Assembly (NCBI GenBank): GCA_964291405.2
Contig: OZ219926.1
Span: 768,001 to 832,000 of the forward strand
Length of the DNA: 64,000 nt
Direction of reading: 5' to 3'
Source: Thermodesulfobacteriota bacterium
Lineage (GTDB): Bacteria; Desulfobacterota; Binatia; Bin18
The notes under the pieces are model-generated. The model made no database searches. It saw only the letters and a program-made list of their open reading frames with translations, and had not been told where the DNA came from. The position numbers and the translations under genes are program-made. Positions 50,556-60,321 of this stretch are shown here, piece by piece; position 1 is the stretch's first letter; the number at the start of each line of letters is the position of its first letter.

Positions 50556-51326
50556 ATGCATTGCTCTCAATCGATCTGGCTGATTTCCATTGGAGCCCTG
50601 CTCTCGCTGCTCCTGGCCTGCAACAGCTCGACGCCGTCCAAGCCGCCTCGCCAACCCACCCCGCTCGACCTGTCTACGGTGGGCACGATTTCCGGAAGCA
50701 TCCATTTCGAGGGTCCCGTGCCGGAGCAGAGCGTGCTGCAACTCGGCGGCTGGTCGGAATGTGCCGTCCAACACGAGGGGACAGTTTACGCCGGGGATGT
50801 GCTGGTCACTAACGGCAGGCTGCAGAACGCCCTGGTGTATATCAAGGACGGTCTGGGCGAGCGGGTTTTTACCGTTCCTGAAGAATCGGTTGAGAACGAC
50901 CAAAAAGGCTGCGTCTTTCTGCCGCGTATTATGGCGATTCGGGTCGATCAACCGGTTCGCTATCTTAATAGCGACCCCATGGCCCATAATGTCCACGGCC
51001 TGCCGCGCAATTCATCCCACTGGAATTTCAGTCTGGGGCTCAAGGGTACATCGCGGAACGTGACCGTGGATGCGGAGGAAGTCGGCATTGAGGTCAAGTG
51101 TGACATCCACGGCTGGATGCGAAGTTATCTGGGCGTGTTCGACCACCCGTATTTTGCCCTGAGCGATCAGGACGGAGCCTTCAGGCTCCACAACGTCCCA
51201 CCGGGCGAGTACACCATTACCGCCTGGCATGAACGGTTTGGCACGCGCTCACAAAAAGTTGCTCTATCGGAAAAGGGAGAAGCAAAGGTCGTGCTGACGT
51301 TTCAATCAGACGCACATCAGGAGTAG
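50556..51326 (+). CDS. Lipoprotein with cupredoxin-like and carboxypeptidase-regulatory-like domains
   Basis: Lipobox LLAC, DQKGCVF.P, NSD..HNVH, KCDIHGWM (type-1 Cu-like ligands) and VPPGEY.I.AWHE. Confidence 0.8.
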   Translation: MHCSQSIWLISIGALLSLLLACNSSTPSKPPRQPTPLDLSTVGTISGSIHFEGPVPEQSVLQLGGWSECAVQHEGTVYAGDVLVTNGRLQNALVYIKDGLGERVFTVPEESVENDQKGCVFLPRIMAIRVDQPVRYLNSDPMAHNVHGLPRNSSHWNFSLGLKGTSRNVTVDAEEVGIEVKCDIHGWMRSYLGVFDHPYFALSDQDGAFRLHNVPPGEYTITAWHERFGTRSQKVALSEKGEAKVVLTFQSDAHQE

Positions 51327-51330
51327 TCCG

Positions 51331-51954
51331 TCACTCCTCTACCGGCCAGTCTCTGGCTACCTTCCCACTGATCTGGAAAATCAGATGATAGGCTAGACCG
51401 AAGCCGAGCACCAGGACAATAATCAGCCACAGCGGCCCAAAGGTAATCGACGGATAATGCCCGGAGCCGGTGATCATGCCAAACAGCATGGGGACGGACA
51501 GAAAGGTGTTTGTGCGAGAGGCGAGCAATGCCCTCTTGGGCAGCGCCGGGTCCGGCGCCTCGCCCTTGACCGTAGCGGTAATGATCTGCTGCTGGGCCGG
51601 CCAGATAATGAACCAGACGTTGAACCACATGATCGTACCGAACAGCGCACCCATGCTGATCCACAGCCCCGCACTCGATCCGAACAGACCGGCATCGCCG
51701 GTAAAGCCGCTCCCTAGCAGGAAATACTTCCAGAGAATCATCAACAGACCGGACAGAAAGGTGAACATGGCTCCCCAGCGGAACCACCACAGCGTACGCG
51801 GCATGATCTGCGGGACAACCTGTTTGCGAACCTCCGCTTCGAGTGCGCCCTGAAAGTGGGCGTTAATCAAATTGAAATAGTACAGTAGTCCGATCCAGGT
51901 AATACCGGCCAATAGGTGAATCCAGCGGAATAGCGCTTGGAGAATATCATCCAT
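51331..51954 (-). CDS. PuuD/urate-oxidase N-terminal-like membrane protein (no cytochrome c domain)
   Basis: RWIHLLAGITWIGLLYYFN, LWWFRW, GTIMWFNVWFIIWPAQ and SRTNTFLS.PM. Start ATG 51954 after GGAGG. Confidence 0.8.
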   Translation of the reverse strand: MDDILQALFRWIHLLAGITWIGLLYYFNLINAHFQGALEAEVRKQVVPQIMPRTLWWFRWGAMFTFLSGLLMILWKYFLLGSGFTGDAGLFGSSAGLWISMGALFGTIMWFNVWFIIWPAQQQIITATVKGEAPDPALPKRALLASRTNTFLSVPMLFGMITGSGHYPSITFGPLWLIIVLVLGFGLAYHLIFQISGKVARDWPVEE

Positions 51955-52133
51955 CGTCTTCCCTCCGTATGACTCTGCCTCTTCTCCCGTACCACTACTA
52001 AAGACCGTCTCATGGCGGGAGTCAATAACAGGGTAGCGTGACATCTGAAAAGGACGGACTATCTCCGGACGAATCGCTTCGCTAAGGAAAGAAACGGGAA
52101 TCACATGTGCTCGCAAACAAAGGGGGAAGTCGC

Positions 52134-52505
52134 GTGCAATATCTTCTGATTGGATTGGGAGGCTTTTTGGGTGCAAACGCGCGCTTTCTGGTTTCAAGCT
52201 GGGCGGCGCGGCTTCTGGGAACGAGCTTTCCGTACGGAACGTTTCTCGCCAATATAAGCGGCAGTTTTCTCCTTGGCGTCGCCATCGCCGTCCTGCACGA
52301 CCGAGCGCTCCTGGCATCCCCACAGCGACACTTCTTCGCCGTTGGGTTTCTGGGTGCCTATACCACCTTCTCGACGTTCACATATGAGTCGATGCAGTTG
52401 TTTCAGAACGGCGGCGTTCTGCTCGGTGTGTTGAATATTGTTGGTAGCGTTGTGGTCGGTCTGCTCGCTGTTGTGGGTGGTTTCTGGATTGGCAGATTAT
52501 TGTAA
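52134..52505 (+). CDS. crcB: Fluoride channel Fluc/CrcB
   Basis: GGFLGANAR, FPYGT..AN..GSF and GFLGAYTTFSTF..E. Confidence 0.93.
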   Translation: MQYLLIGLGGFLGANARFLVSSWAARLLGTSFPYGTFLANISGSFLLGVAIAVLHDRALLASPQRHFFAVGFLGAYTTFSTFTYESMQLFQNGGVLLGVLNIVGSVVVGLLAVVGGFWIGRLL

Positions 52506-52580
52506 ACCCTCACGGCTTCCATTACCTATGCATGACACAGACCTGTTCTACAGGTCATACCTGGGAGAGAAGGAACACCG

Positions 52581-53660
52581 ATGGAACATATTCCGCCAGG
52601 CTGGACCGAACCTGAAACCGTGGCCGTTCGTCCGGAAGCCGCTCTTGATCTGAATGTGGTGGATACCTATGTGCGTGAGCGTCTACCCGATGCTGACGGC
52701 CCACTAACGGTTGTGCAATTTGCCGGCGGGCATGCCAATCTGACCTATCTGGTGCGCTTTGGTACTCACGAATACGTCCTCCGCCGGCCGCCCGGTGGTC
52801 CACTGGCCGTAGGGGCCTATGATATGGCTCGGGAATTTCGGGCGCTGTCTGCCCTGTGGCCGGTTTTTCCACCGGCCTCGCGGCCGTATTTTTTTTGTGA
52901 CGACACAAGCGTCCTGGGTGCACCGTTTTTTGTCATGGAGCGTAAAAGCGGCCTGGTTATCCATAAAGACCTGCCAGCGGAGCAGCTTGGTCGGCCGGAC
53001 GTGTATACCCGCCTGAGTGAAGCCGTTGTGGACACCTTGATTGACTTTCACGCAGTAGATTATCGGGCGGTCGAACTCGACACCTTGGGCAGACCCCAGG
53101 GCTTTGTCGAACGGCAGGTTCGCAACTGGCGCAAGCGCTGGGAGTCGGCCAAGGTCGAAGAACTCCCGCTTATGGACGAACTCGGACAGTGGTTGGCTAG
53201 CTATGTGCCAGCTTCGCCCTCTCCGACCCTGCTGCATAATGACTATAAGCTCGACAATCTGATGGTCGATCCAACAGACATCACCCGGATTATTGCCCTC
53301 TTTGACTGGGACCAATGTACGCTTGGCGATCCGCTTATTGACCTGGGCCTGTTACTCAATTATTGGACCCAGCACGATGATCCGCCGGGCCGGCGGGAGA
53401 TTGCCCAGATGCCCGTTTTACCGGGGTTCTTGTCTCGGGACGCAATCGTCCAGCGCTATGCTCAGCGGAGTGGCCGTGACGTCGGTAATATCAGATTTTA
53501 TGAAACCTTCGCGCTATGGAAAACAGCCGTTGTGGGTATGCAGCTCTTTGTGTTGTACAAGAACGGCCAACTCAGGGATGAGCGCCTCGGCGATTTTGAT
53601 CGCCGCGCCGTCATCCTGGCTGAGACCGCGCATGCGGTCGCTCATCCCAGCCAGTTTTGA
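52581..53660 (+). CDS. APH-family phosphotransferase (ACAD10/11 N-terminal-like)
   Basis: GGHANLTY, VLRRPP, GAPFFVME, LHNDYKLDN and DW...LGDPL.DLG. Confidence 0.88.
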   Translation: MEHIPPGWTEPETVAVRPEAALDLNVVDTYVRERLPDADGPLTVVQFAGGHANLTYLVRFGTHEYVLRRPPGGPLAVGAYDMAREFRALSALWPVFPPASRPYFFCDDTSVLGAPFFVMERKSGLVIHKDLPAEQLGRPDVYTRLSEAVVDTLIDFHAVDYRAVELDTLGRPQGFVERQVRNWRKRWESAKVEELPLMDELGQWLASYVPASPSPTLLHNDYKLDNLMVDPTDITRIIALFDWDQCTLGDPLIDLGLLLNYWTQHDDPPGRREIAQMPVLPGFLSRDAIVQRYAQRSGRDVGNIRFYETFALWKTAVVGMQLFVLYKNGQLRDERLGDFDRRAVILAETAHAVAHPSQF

Positions 53661-53709
53661 TACAAACGAGTCGGTATTCCCCGTATAGACTAATTGGTTG
53701 CGACTAGGC

Positions 53710-53907
53710 ATGAGCAACACATTGTTTGCACGATTCGGTTGTCTGCTGATCTGCTGTCTCGTTTTGAGCCAGTGTACACCAGCACGCCGCCTACCGCCGC
53801 CTGCACCTCAGCCGATCAGTGTGACCCCACCGTCCCCGCCGCCGACACCGCCGGTTTCAGCAGAAGAGTTGCTCAACCGGTTCAACATCACTCTGGACCG
53901 GGCGTAA
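53710..53907 (+). CDS. Small Pro-rich putative lipoprotein, possibly a truncated gene
   Basis: Hydrophobic signal ending in SQC, poly-Pro linker, then an early TAA. Confidence 0.45.
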   Translation: MSNTLFARFGCLLICCLVLSQCTPARRLPPPAPQPISVTPPSPPPTPPVSAEELLNRFNITLDRA

Positions 53908-53964
53908 TCCGGGTGGGGTTACGCCCAGCGCATTGACCCTGTAGGTACGCACACAGGGAGGTTA

Positions 53965-54552
53965 CTAAGCGGAGGATTGTGCCTCCTGCCCTGGAGTGGT
54001 CTCCGCGGGGTGCAGCGGGCAGGTCTGCCCAATCTCCAGACCGAGCACATGAATCAACCGACCGTAGCCGACAAAGGTCACAATTCGCCAGCCCAGTTCC
54101 AGGATTTCCGGCTCGGTAAAATGCTCGCGCAAATCGTCAAACAGCGCTGGTGAAGCCAGGCGGTGGTCTCCGGCCAGGATATCCGCAAAGCGAATCGCCG
54201 CTTTCTCGCGCGGTGTAAAGAGTTCACTCGTCTCGTACTGGGGCAGCGCTGCAATCAGTTCTTCCGTCACTCCTTGTTGCCTTGCCAAGGCAAACCGGGC
54301 GTGCATTCATAAATTGCAGTCGTTGCGCTCAGCCACCTTGAGGCGGGCCAACTCGGTCAGTTTGACGTCAACCTTGCCCCGTTCGCCTGACACCAACGGG
54401 AAATAGAAATTGATAAACGACTTGAACACCTCAGGCGCGTGGGCAAACACCTGTACGAACTCCGACCCGCCGAGTTCCTGGTCGTACTCGCGCATAATTG
54501 CCTGAAGTTCAGTGTCAACCTGATCAAAGGGAACCTTACTCACCCGATCCAT
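53965..54552 (-). CDS. AhpD/carboxymuconolactone decarboxylase-family protein with an in-frame TGA (probable selenocysteine, CxxU)
   Basis: Two abutting ORFs in one frame: ELARLKVAERNDCNL-TGA-MHAR...FTPREKAAIRFAD...LREHFTEPEILEL. The TGA falls where AhpD has the second Cys of CxxC. Confidence 0.85.
54268..54303 (-). promoter_or_regulatory. Candidate bacterial SECIS hairpin
   Basis: TTGCCTT-GGC-AAGGCAA hairpin (54277-54293) begins 13 nt after the TGA, has G in the apical loop, and can extend by CAC/GTG pairing. Confidence 0.6.
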
Positions 54553-54689
54553 GGGACTCCTCCTGCTTTTACAATATTTCCTCTCTTCCGCGATTTTTTT
54601 TTCAGATGAAAAAGCAAGTCCGCCACGCTGATGCGGGACACGGTCGCATTGACAGGCAGTTGTGTTTTCTGAACCATAAGAAGACCAGC

Positions 54690-55403
54690 ATGCCCGTCTA
54701 CCAACTGACTGAGGAACTCGTCTTTCCCAATCCTGAATGGGCGAACCCGGAAGGGCTGTTGGCGGTCGGCGGGGATCTGGGTCTCAAGCGTTTATTGCTG
54801 GCCTATCAACTCGGTATTTTTCCGTGGTATAGCGACGATTCCCCGATTCTATGGTGGAGTCCGCCGCAACGCTGTGTCATCGATCCGGACGGGTTTCATA
54901 TCTCCCGCAGCCTGCGTCGGCTGCTCCGGCAGGGGCGCTTTTCGGTCACGTTTGACCGGGCCTTTGAGGAGGTGGTCTACGCCTGCGCGGAAACCCGGAT
55001 TCGGAACGGAGAAGGTACCTGGATTACACCCGACATGCTGACTGCCTACTGCGCCCTGCATGAAGCCGGCTTTGCTCACTCGGCTGAGGCCTGGGACAAC
55101 GGTGAGCTTGTGGGGGGGATTTACGGAGTGAGTTTGGGGCGCGCGTTTTTTGGCGAGTCGATGTTCAAACGAGTGGCCAATGCCTCAAAAGTCGCCTTCT
55201 GCCGCTTAACGCAGCAGCTCCACCAATGGCAATTTCAATTGATCGACTGTCAGATCGTTAATCCGCATCTACAACGGCTTGGAGCGTATGAAATTCCACG
55301 CAGCGTTTTTCTCCAGCTCCTCGCCGAGGCCCGGCAGTTCCCGACCCGGCGCGGGAAGTGGTCATGCCTCAAGGCTGTGCCACTGCTTGACCGGTATCCT
55401 TGA
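54690..55403 (+). CDS. aat: Leucyl/phenylalanyl-tRNA-protein transferase
   Basis: GLLAVGGDL, AYQLGIFPW, ILWWSP, TWIT, AHSAEAW, FFGESMF, NASK and IDCQ. Confidence 0.95.
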   Translation: MPVYQLTEELVFPNPEWANPEGLLAVGGDLGLKRLLLAYQLGIFPWYSDDSPILWWSPPQRCVIDPDGFHISRSLRRLLRQGRFSVTFDRAFEEVVYACAETRIRNGEGTWITPDMLTAYCALHEAGFAHSAEAWDNGELVGGIYGVSLGRAFFGESMFKRVANASKVAFCRLTQQLHQWQFQLIDCQIVNPHLQRLGAYEIPRSVFLQLLAEARQFPTRRGKWSCLKAVPLLDRYP

Positions 55404-55446
55404 ATTTATTATTCTCCGGTAACGTTTCCGACGGGGGAATAGTGTC

Positions 55447-55699
55447 ATGCTTGAAGGAACAAAGCAGAGTTCGGCACCAATCAGGGGGCGACGCGTTGAG
55501 GTCACGGTACCCGCCCAGGATGTCGGCCTAGTGAAGGCCGTCGCTGGCGCGCTCCGCACGGGCGGCGATCGCCTGCGCGACGCTCTCGCCCCTCTGACAG
55601 CAGTTAATTGCTAGCTTTTCTACGGGCCTCTCCGCTTGTGGGGGAAGACCTGACAATCGAGCCGACCGAACGCCGGGCCGCGTGGTGGACTTTGAATAG
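55447..55699 (+). pseudogene. Frameshifted antitoxin
   Basis: RRVEVTVPAQDVGLVKAVAGALR in one frame and LLAFLRASPLVGEDLTIE in another; the end overlaps the GTG of the PIN gene. Confidence 0.55.
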
Positions 55700-56095
55700 T
55701 GGCGTTTCTGATCGACACGAACGTTATCAGCGAGACCTTCCGTCCACGCCCGGCTCCCCGAGTGCGTGAATGGGTCAGTCGCCAGATGGCGAGCGACCTG
55801 TTCCTTGCGGGAGTCTCGGAGAGCTCGTGCGCGGCGCCCGTCGTGTGCGGGACAGGACGCAACGGGAGCGCCTCGCCCGCTGGATCAATCACGATCTGGC
55901 CACACAGTTTCAAGGTCGTATCCTCCCCTTTGATCGGGAGGCGGCGGTGATCTGGGGGACAATTATGGGCGAAGGTGACAGGACCGGTCAGCCAAAGCCC
56001 ATGGCGCGCAGATCGCAAGTGGCGTTGGCCTAACCCTAGCGCAATATCAGGGATTTCAAAGACATGGGGGTGGCGCTTCGATCCCGACGGAGTGA
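55699..56095 (+). pseudogene. Degraded VapC/PIN toxin
   Basis: FLIDTNVISE, then a frameshift to LGELVRG..RILPFDREAA.IWG, then a stop, then the RNIRDF remnant. Confidence 0.8.
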
Positions 56096-56149
56096 TAAGC
56101 TGAGGTTTGGGGAGGCGGAATGTCGAGGGAAGCCGCCCACGCCTCTCTT

Positions 56150-57060
56150 GCCGTTGGCCAGCGTCTTTGTTTTTCCACTTCCGGCACCTGTAACTTGGAT
56201 ATGTCCATGCACGGCAGCGATGGCCCTGCCTGTTCATCGTCCGGCATGTGTTGCTCACCGTTCGCAGAGCTTGGGGTATTTTTCGCGGTCCACGCCTTTA
56301 CAAAATTAATTTTCTCTTGCTCGTAGGTCTTTTGCGGGATAAGGCTGGCGCAGGATTTTGAAAAAACGAATCAACACCAAGAAATCAGACTGTAGCCGTC
56401 CACGGACCTCTTGAAGCAAGGCCTCGCGCTTGTAATGATCGCACACGCTCTTTTTTGGCCCCGGATGCTGGCCAGCACGGTAGCTTTCTTTTCAAACTAT
56501 ACGTAGGGATCCCTCGATGGGAGCAGCCGTCTTTCATTTCGCTATGAGAAGAGCCAACAGTGCGCCTCAATATCAGCAGACGGATTGATCTCTTCACTTG
56601 TTATTTTCGACAGTCTTTCCAGAGAGTGCCCTAGGTCCACCGTATGGAACCAAGGGGGAATATTTCGAGGTAATTGGCTCTCATCGAACGAAATTTGACT
56701 ATTAAATATGACTATTCCTGAGATGTGGTCCTTGGAATTCTGCCTGACGGCAGTTCAGGCGTTGGAGAAAGTTGAGAAGCACACTCTTATTCTCTCGTAT
56801 TTGAAGATAGGGGTTACGCCCCTCCATCTCGACCCCGTCGGCGTACCATTGCCTTCAGAAAGTAATCTTCCCTCCATAGTCCTTGAAATTAAGAACGACT
56901 ACCTCGCTTCAATATCAACGGTCAGAATCTTTACTCCAAGCGCGTCTTCGCCGGAATCTTCCCAGCCCAACTGGAGTTGAGCGAGTAGAGCGTCGAAAGC
57001 AGTATTCGCTTATGTGTCCGAAACGCTCGCCGCCTATATGCTCTTACGGTCATTCTGGAT
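56150..57060 (-). pseudogene. Decayed NERD nuclease / UvrD-like helicase gene fragments
   Basis: Broken frames read VVLNFKDYGGKITF..WYADGVEM..RNPYLQIRENK and GIVIFN..LP..IPPWFH (NERD-like), then PDDEQA/AIAAVHGHIQVTGAGSGKTKTLA (SF1 Q motif plus Walker A). Confidence 0.6.
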
Positions 57061-57129
57061 GCAGTTCGATATTGAATTGACTGGGATACGGCTGTTCTCG
57101 TGAGATGGACCGGTCCACGTCTATCAACA

Positions 57130-57927
<798 letters not shown>

Positions 57928-58011
57928 ATCTCTCCCCCCGTTTGCTCCGTATAAAGAAAACCCCCTCACCCTGGCCAGAGTGAAGGGGCAAGGGCACGCT
58001 ATGCAGCATTG

Positions 58012-58887
58012 CTAAATCAGTTCGTATTTCTTGAGCGTGGCTTTCAGCTTTTCCTTATTGGCGTCGGCCATGGGGGCCAGCGGCTGACGCAGCTCGGCTT
58101 CACACATGCCCATCAGCGCCAGGGCGGTCTTGGCCGGAATTGGGTTGGTCTCGATAAACAAGGCGCGGATGAGCGGGACGAGGCTGAGTTGCAGGGCGGA
58201 CGCTTTGTCCCACTCCCTGTTCAGCCCGGCGTTTGCCAGCTCGGCCATAGCCTTGGGCGCAACATTGGCCGCGGTGCTGATAACACCGGCGCCGCCCAGC
58301 GCCATCATGGAAAACGTCAGCGTATCTTCGCCCGACAAGATGGCCAGGTTGTCGCCGCAGGCGAGCCGGATGTCGATCACCTGATCGACTGAGCCGGAGG
58401 CTTCCTTGACGCCAACAATGTTCTCGATCTGGGACAGACGGGCCATGGTCTCGGGCAGGATATTCGAGCCCGTTCGGCTCGGAATATTGTAAAAGACGAT
58501 GGGGAAGCCCTGGGCCGCCTCGGCTACCGCTTTGTAGTGCTGGTAGATGCCTTCTTGCGGTGGTCGGTTATAATACGGCGAGATCATGAGCGCGCCGTCG
58601 GCCCCAATTTCTTGGGCTTCGCACGTCATGTGGATGGCTTCCGCGGTTGAGTTCGACCCCGTCCCGGCCACTACGGGAATACGCTTCCTGGCGACCTCGA
58701 CGACCAGTTTGACCACCTGCGTATGTTCCTGGTGAGAGAGCGTCGCAGACTCACCCGTTGTCCCACACGGAACGATCCCATGCGTCCCGCTTTTAATATG
58801 CCATTCAACCAGGTCTCCCAACCGTTGCTCATCGACGGCATTGTTCTTGAACGGCGTAACCAGCGCCACCAGTGATCCTGAAAACAT
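58012..58887 (-). CDS. dapA: 4-hydroxy-tetrahydrodipicolinate synthase
   Basis: ALVTPF, GTTGES, PYYN, YNIPSRTG, GVKEA and ETNPIP.K. Confidence 0.96.
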   Translation of the reverse strand: MFSGSLVALVTPFKNNAVDEQRLGDLVEWHIKSGTHGIVPCGTTGESATLSHQEHTQVVKLVVEVARKRIPVVAGTGSNSTAEAIHMTCEAQEIGADGALMISPYYNRPPQEGIYQHYKAVAEAAQGFPIVFYNIPSRTGSNILPETMARLSQIENIVGVKEASGSVDQVIDIRLACGDNLAILSGEDTLTFSMMALGGAGVISTAANVAPKAMAELANAGLNREWDKASALQLSLVPLIRALFIETNPIPAKTALALMGMCEAELRQPLAPMADANKEKLKATLKKYELI

Positions 58888-58931
58888 GCTGCCCTCCTGT
58901 TCTCTTTTGCGATCAAAGAGGAACGCCCATA

Positions 58932-59771
58932 CTACTCGACTTCGACAATTCCTTCAAAGACTTCTTCCGCCGCGCCGGTCATATAGACGTGGTTATCTTC
59001 GGCGCGCCATTCTATTTCCAGGTCGCCACCCCGCAGGTGGACGGTGACCAGGCGCTCCGATTTCTCGTTGAGAACCGCGGCCACACCCGCTCCACAAGCC
59101 CCCGTGCCACACGCCCAGGTTTCTCCGGATCCGCGTTCCCACACCCGCATATTGAGTTCGGACGGACTGACCACCTGAATAAACTCGGTATTGACCCGGT
59201 TGGGGAAGAAGGCGTGACTCTCAAACTGAGGACCGATTTTTTCCAGCGCTATGGCCTCAACGTCGTCGACAAAGGTGACGCAGTGCGGATTGCCCATGGA
59301 GACACAGGTCACGGCATACGCTTGCCCGTCAACGTGCAGCGGCTGGTTCACAATGTGGCCTTCTGCGGCCACAGGGATCTGTGGCCCGTCAAGGATAGGC
59401 TCACCCATATCGACCGTCACACGGGCCACTCTGCCATCTTCAACTTCGAGAAAGAGCACCTTCAGCCCAGCGTCTGTGTCCACTCGGAGCGGATTGTCGG
59501 TCGCAATGCCGTGGTCGTATAGATATTTCCCGACGCAGCGGATTCCGTTGCCACACATCTCTCCGCGGCTGCCATCCGCATTATACATCTCCATGCGGGC
59601 ATGGGCCGTCTCCGACGGGCAGATCAGAATAAGCCCATCTCCACCTATACCCGTCCGGCGCTGACTCACCTGCCGGGCGACCCTGACGGGGTCGGGAAGC
59701 TGGGTGTCAAACGCATTGACATAGATATAGTCGTTGCTGATGCCATGCATCTTGGTAAACGGAAGCTTCAT
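58932..59771 (-). CDS. dapF: Diaminopimelate epimerase
   Basis: FTKMHG..NDY, GIGGDG, NADGS..EMCGNG, SMGNPH and ERGSGET.ACGTG. Confidence 0.96.
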   Translation of the reverse strand: MKLPFTKMHGISNDYIYVNAFDTQLPDPVRVARQVSQRRTGIGGDGLILICPSETAHARMEMYNADGSRGEMCGNGIRCVGKYLYDHGIATDNPLRVDTDAGLKVLFLEVEDGRVARVTVDMGEPILDGPQIPVAAEGHIVNQPLHVDGQAYAVTCVSMGNPHCVTFVDDVEAIALEKIGPQFESHAFFPNRVNTEFIQVVSPSELNMRVWERGSGETWACGTGACGAGVAAVLNEKSERLVTVHLRGGDLEIEWRAEDNHVYMTGAAEEVFEGIVEVE

Positions 59772-59805
59772 GCGTACTGCCTTCCACTGACTGCATACCG
59801 GCTAG

Positions 59806-59859
59806 AAAGAGTAAACGTGTTCAGCATCATCATGTCATTGGAGAACACGTTTACCCTTT
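59806..59859. repeat. Palindromic REP-like element, copy 1
   Basis: AAAGAGTAAACGTGTTC, 20-nt spacer, GAACACGTTTACCCTTT. Confidence 0.8.
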
Positions 59860-60321
59860 GCCCCCTCCGGCTTGCTCCTCCCAGACCAGCTCAACCGTAT
59901 TCGAGACATTGCCCAGATAGCCGTCCAAGGTGACGGCCAGAACACGGTAGCGGTACAAGGTACCAGCCGTCAGCGGCTCGTCCGTATAGCTGAACTTTCT
60001 CTCTTGTTGAAAGCGATCACGGTCTTCTACCGGAATCAGTGCCAGCCGGGTGAAGGGCTGCCTGCCCGCCCCGTCTCGTTGCGCCCGTAGTACCACAAAT
60101 CCGCCCAGGTCGTCCATCTGGCTGCCATCAGCGTAGCGTTGGGGGCGCCCCCAGCGAAGCGTGACGCTCCGCTCTCCTATGGTCAAGGCTAAGTCACTAA
60201 TCGCTTCGGGCGCAACGAGCGAGGGGGGACGAATATCGGTTTTATGTCCGCAGGCGGACAGCAGGAGCAGCGCCCCACTTCCAAGCAGGCAGGCGAGAGC
60301 GTATTGCCTCAGCACGATCAT
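59851..60321 (-). CDS. Lipoprotein with an LptM/YifL-like N-terminus and an FN3-like domain
   Basis: LSACGHKTDIRPP, VTLRW, FSYTD..L..G..Y.YRV and SN. Confidence 0.75.
   Translation of the reverse strand: MIVLRQYALACLLGSGALLLLSACGHKTDIRPPSLVAPEAISDLALTIGERSVTLRWGRPQRYADGSQMDDLGGFVVLRAQRDGAGRQPFTRLALIPVEDRDRFQQERKFSYTDEPLTAGTLYRYRVLAVTLDGYLGNVSNTVELVWEEQAGGGKG

Noticed and set aside
51960-52133. Possible fluoride riboswitch upstream of crcB
   Set aside because: I could not find the GGCGATGG...CTGATG/CC pseudoknot consensus. A covariance search would be needed to exclude it fully.
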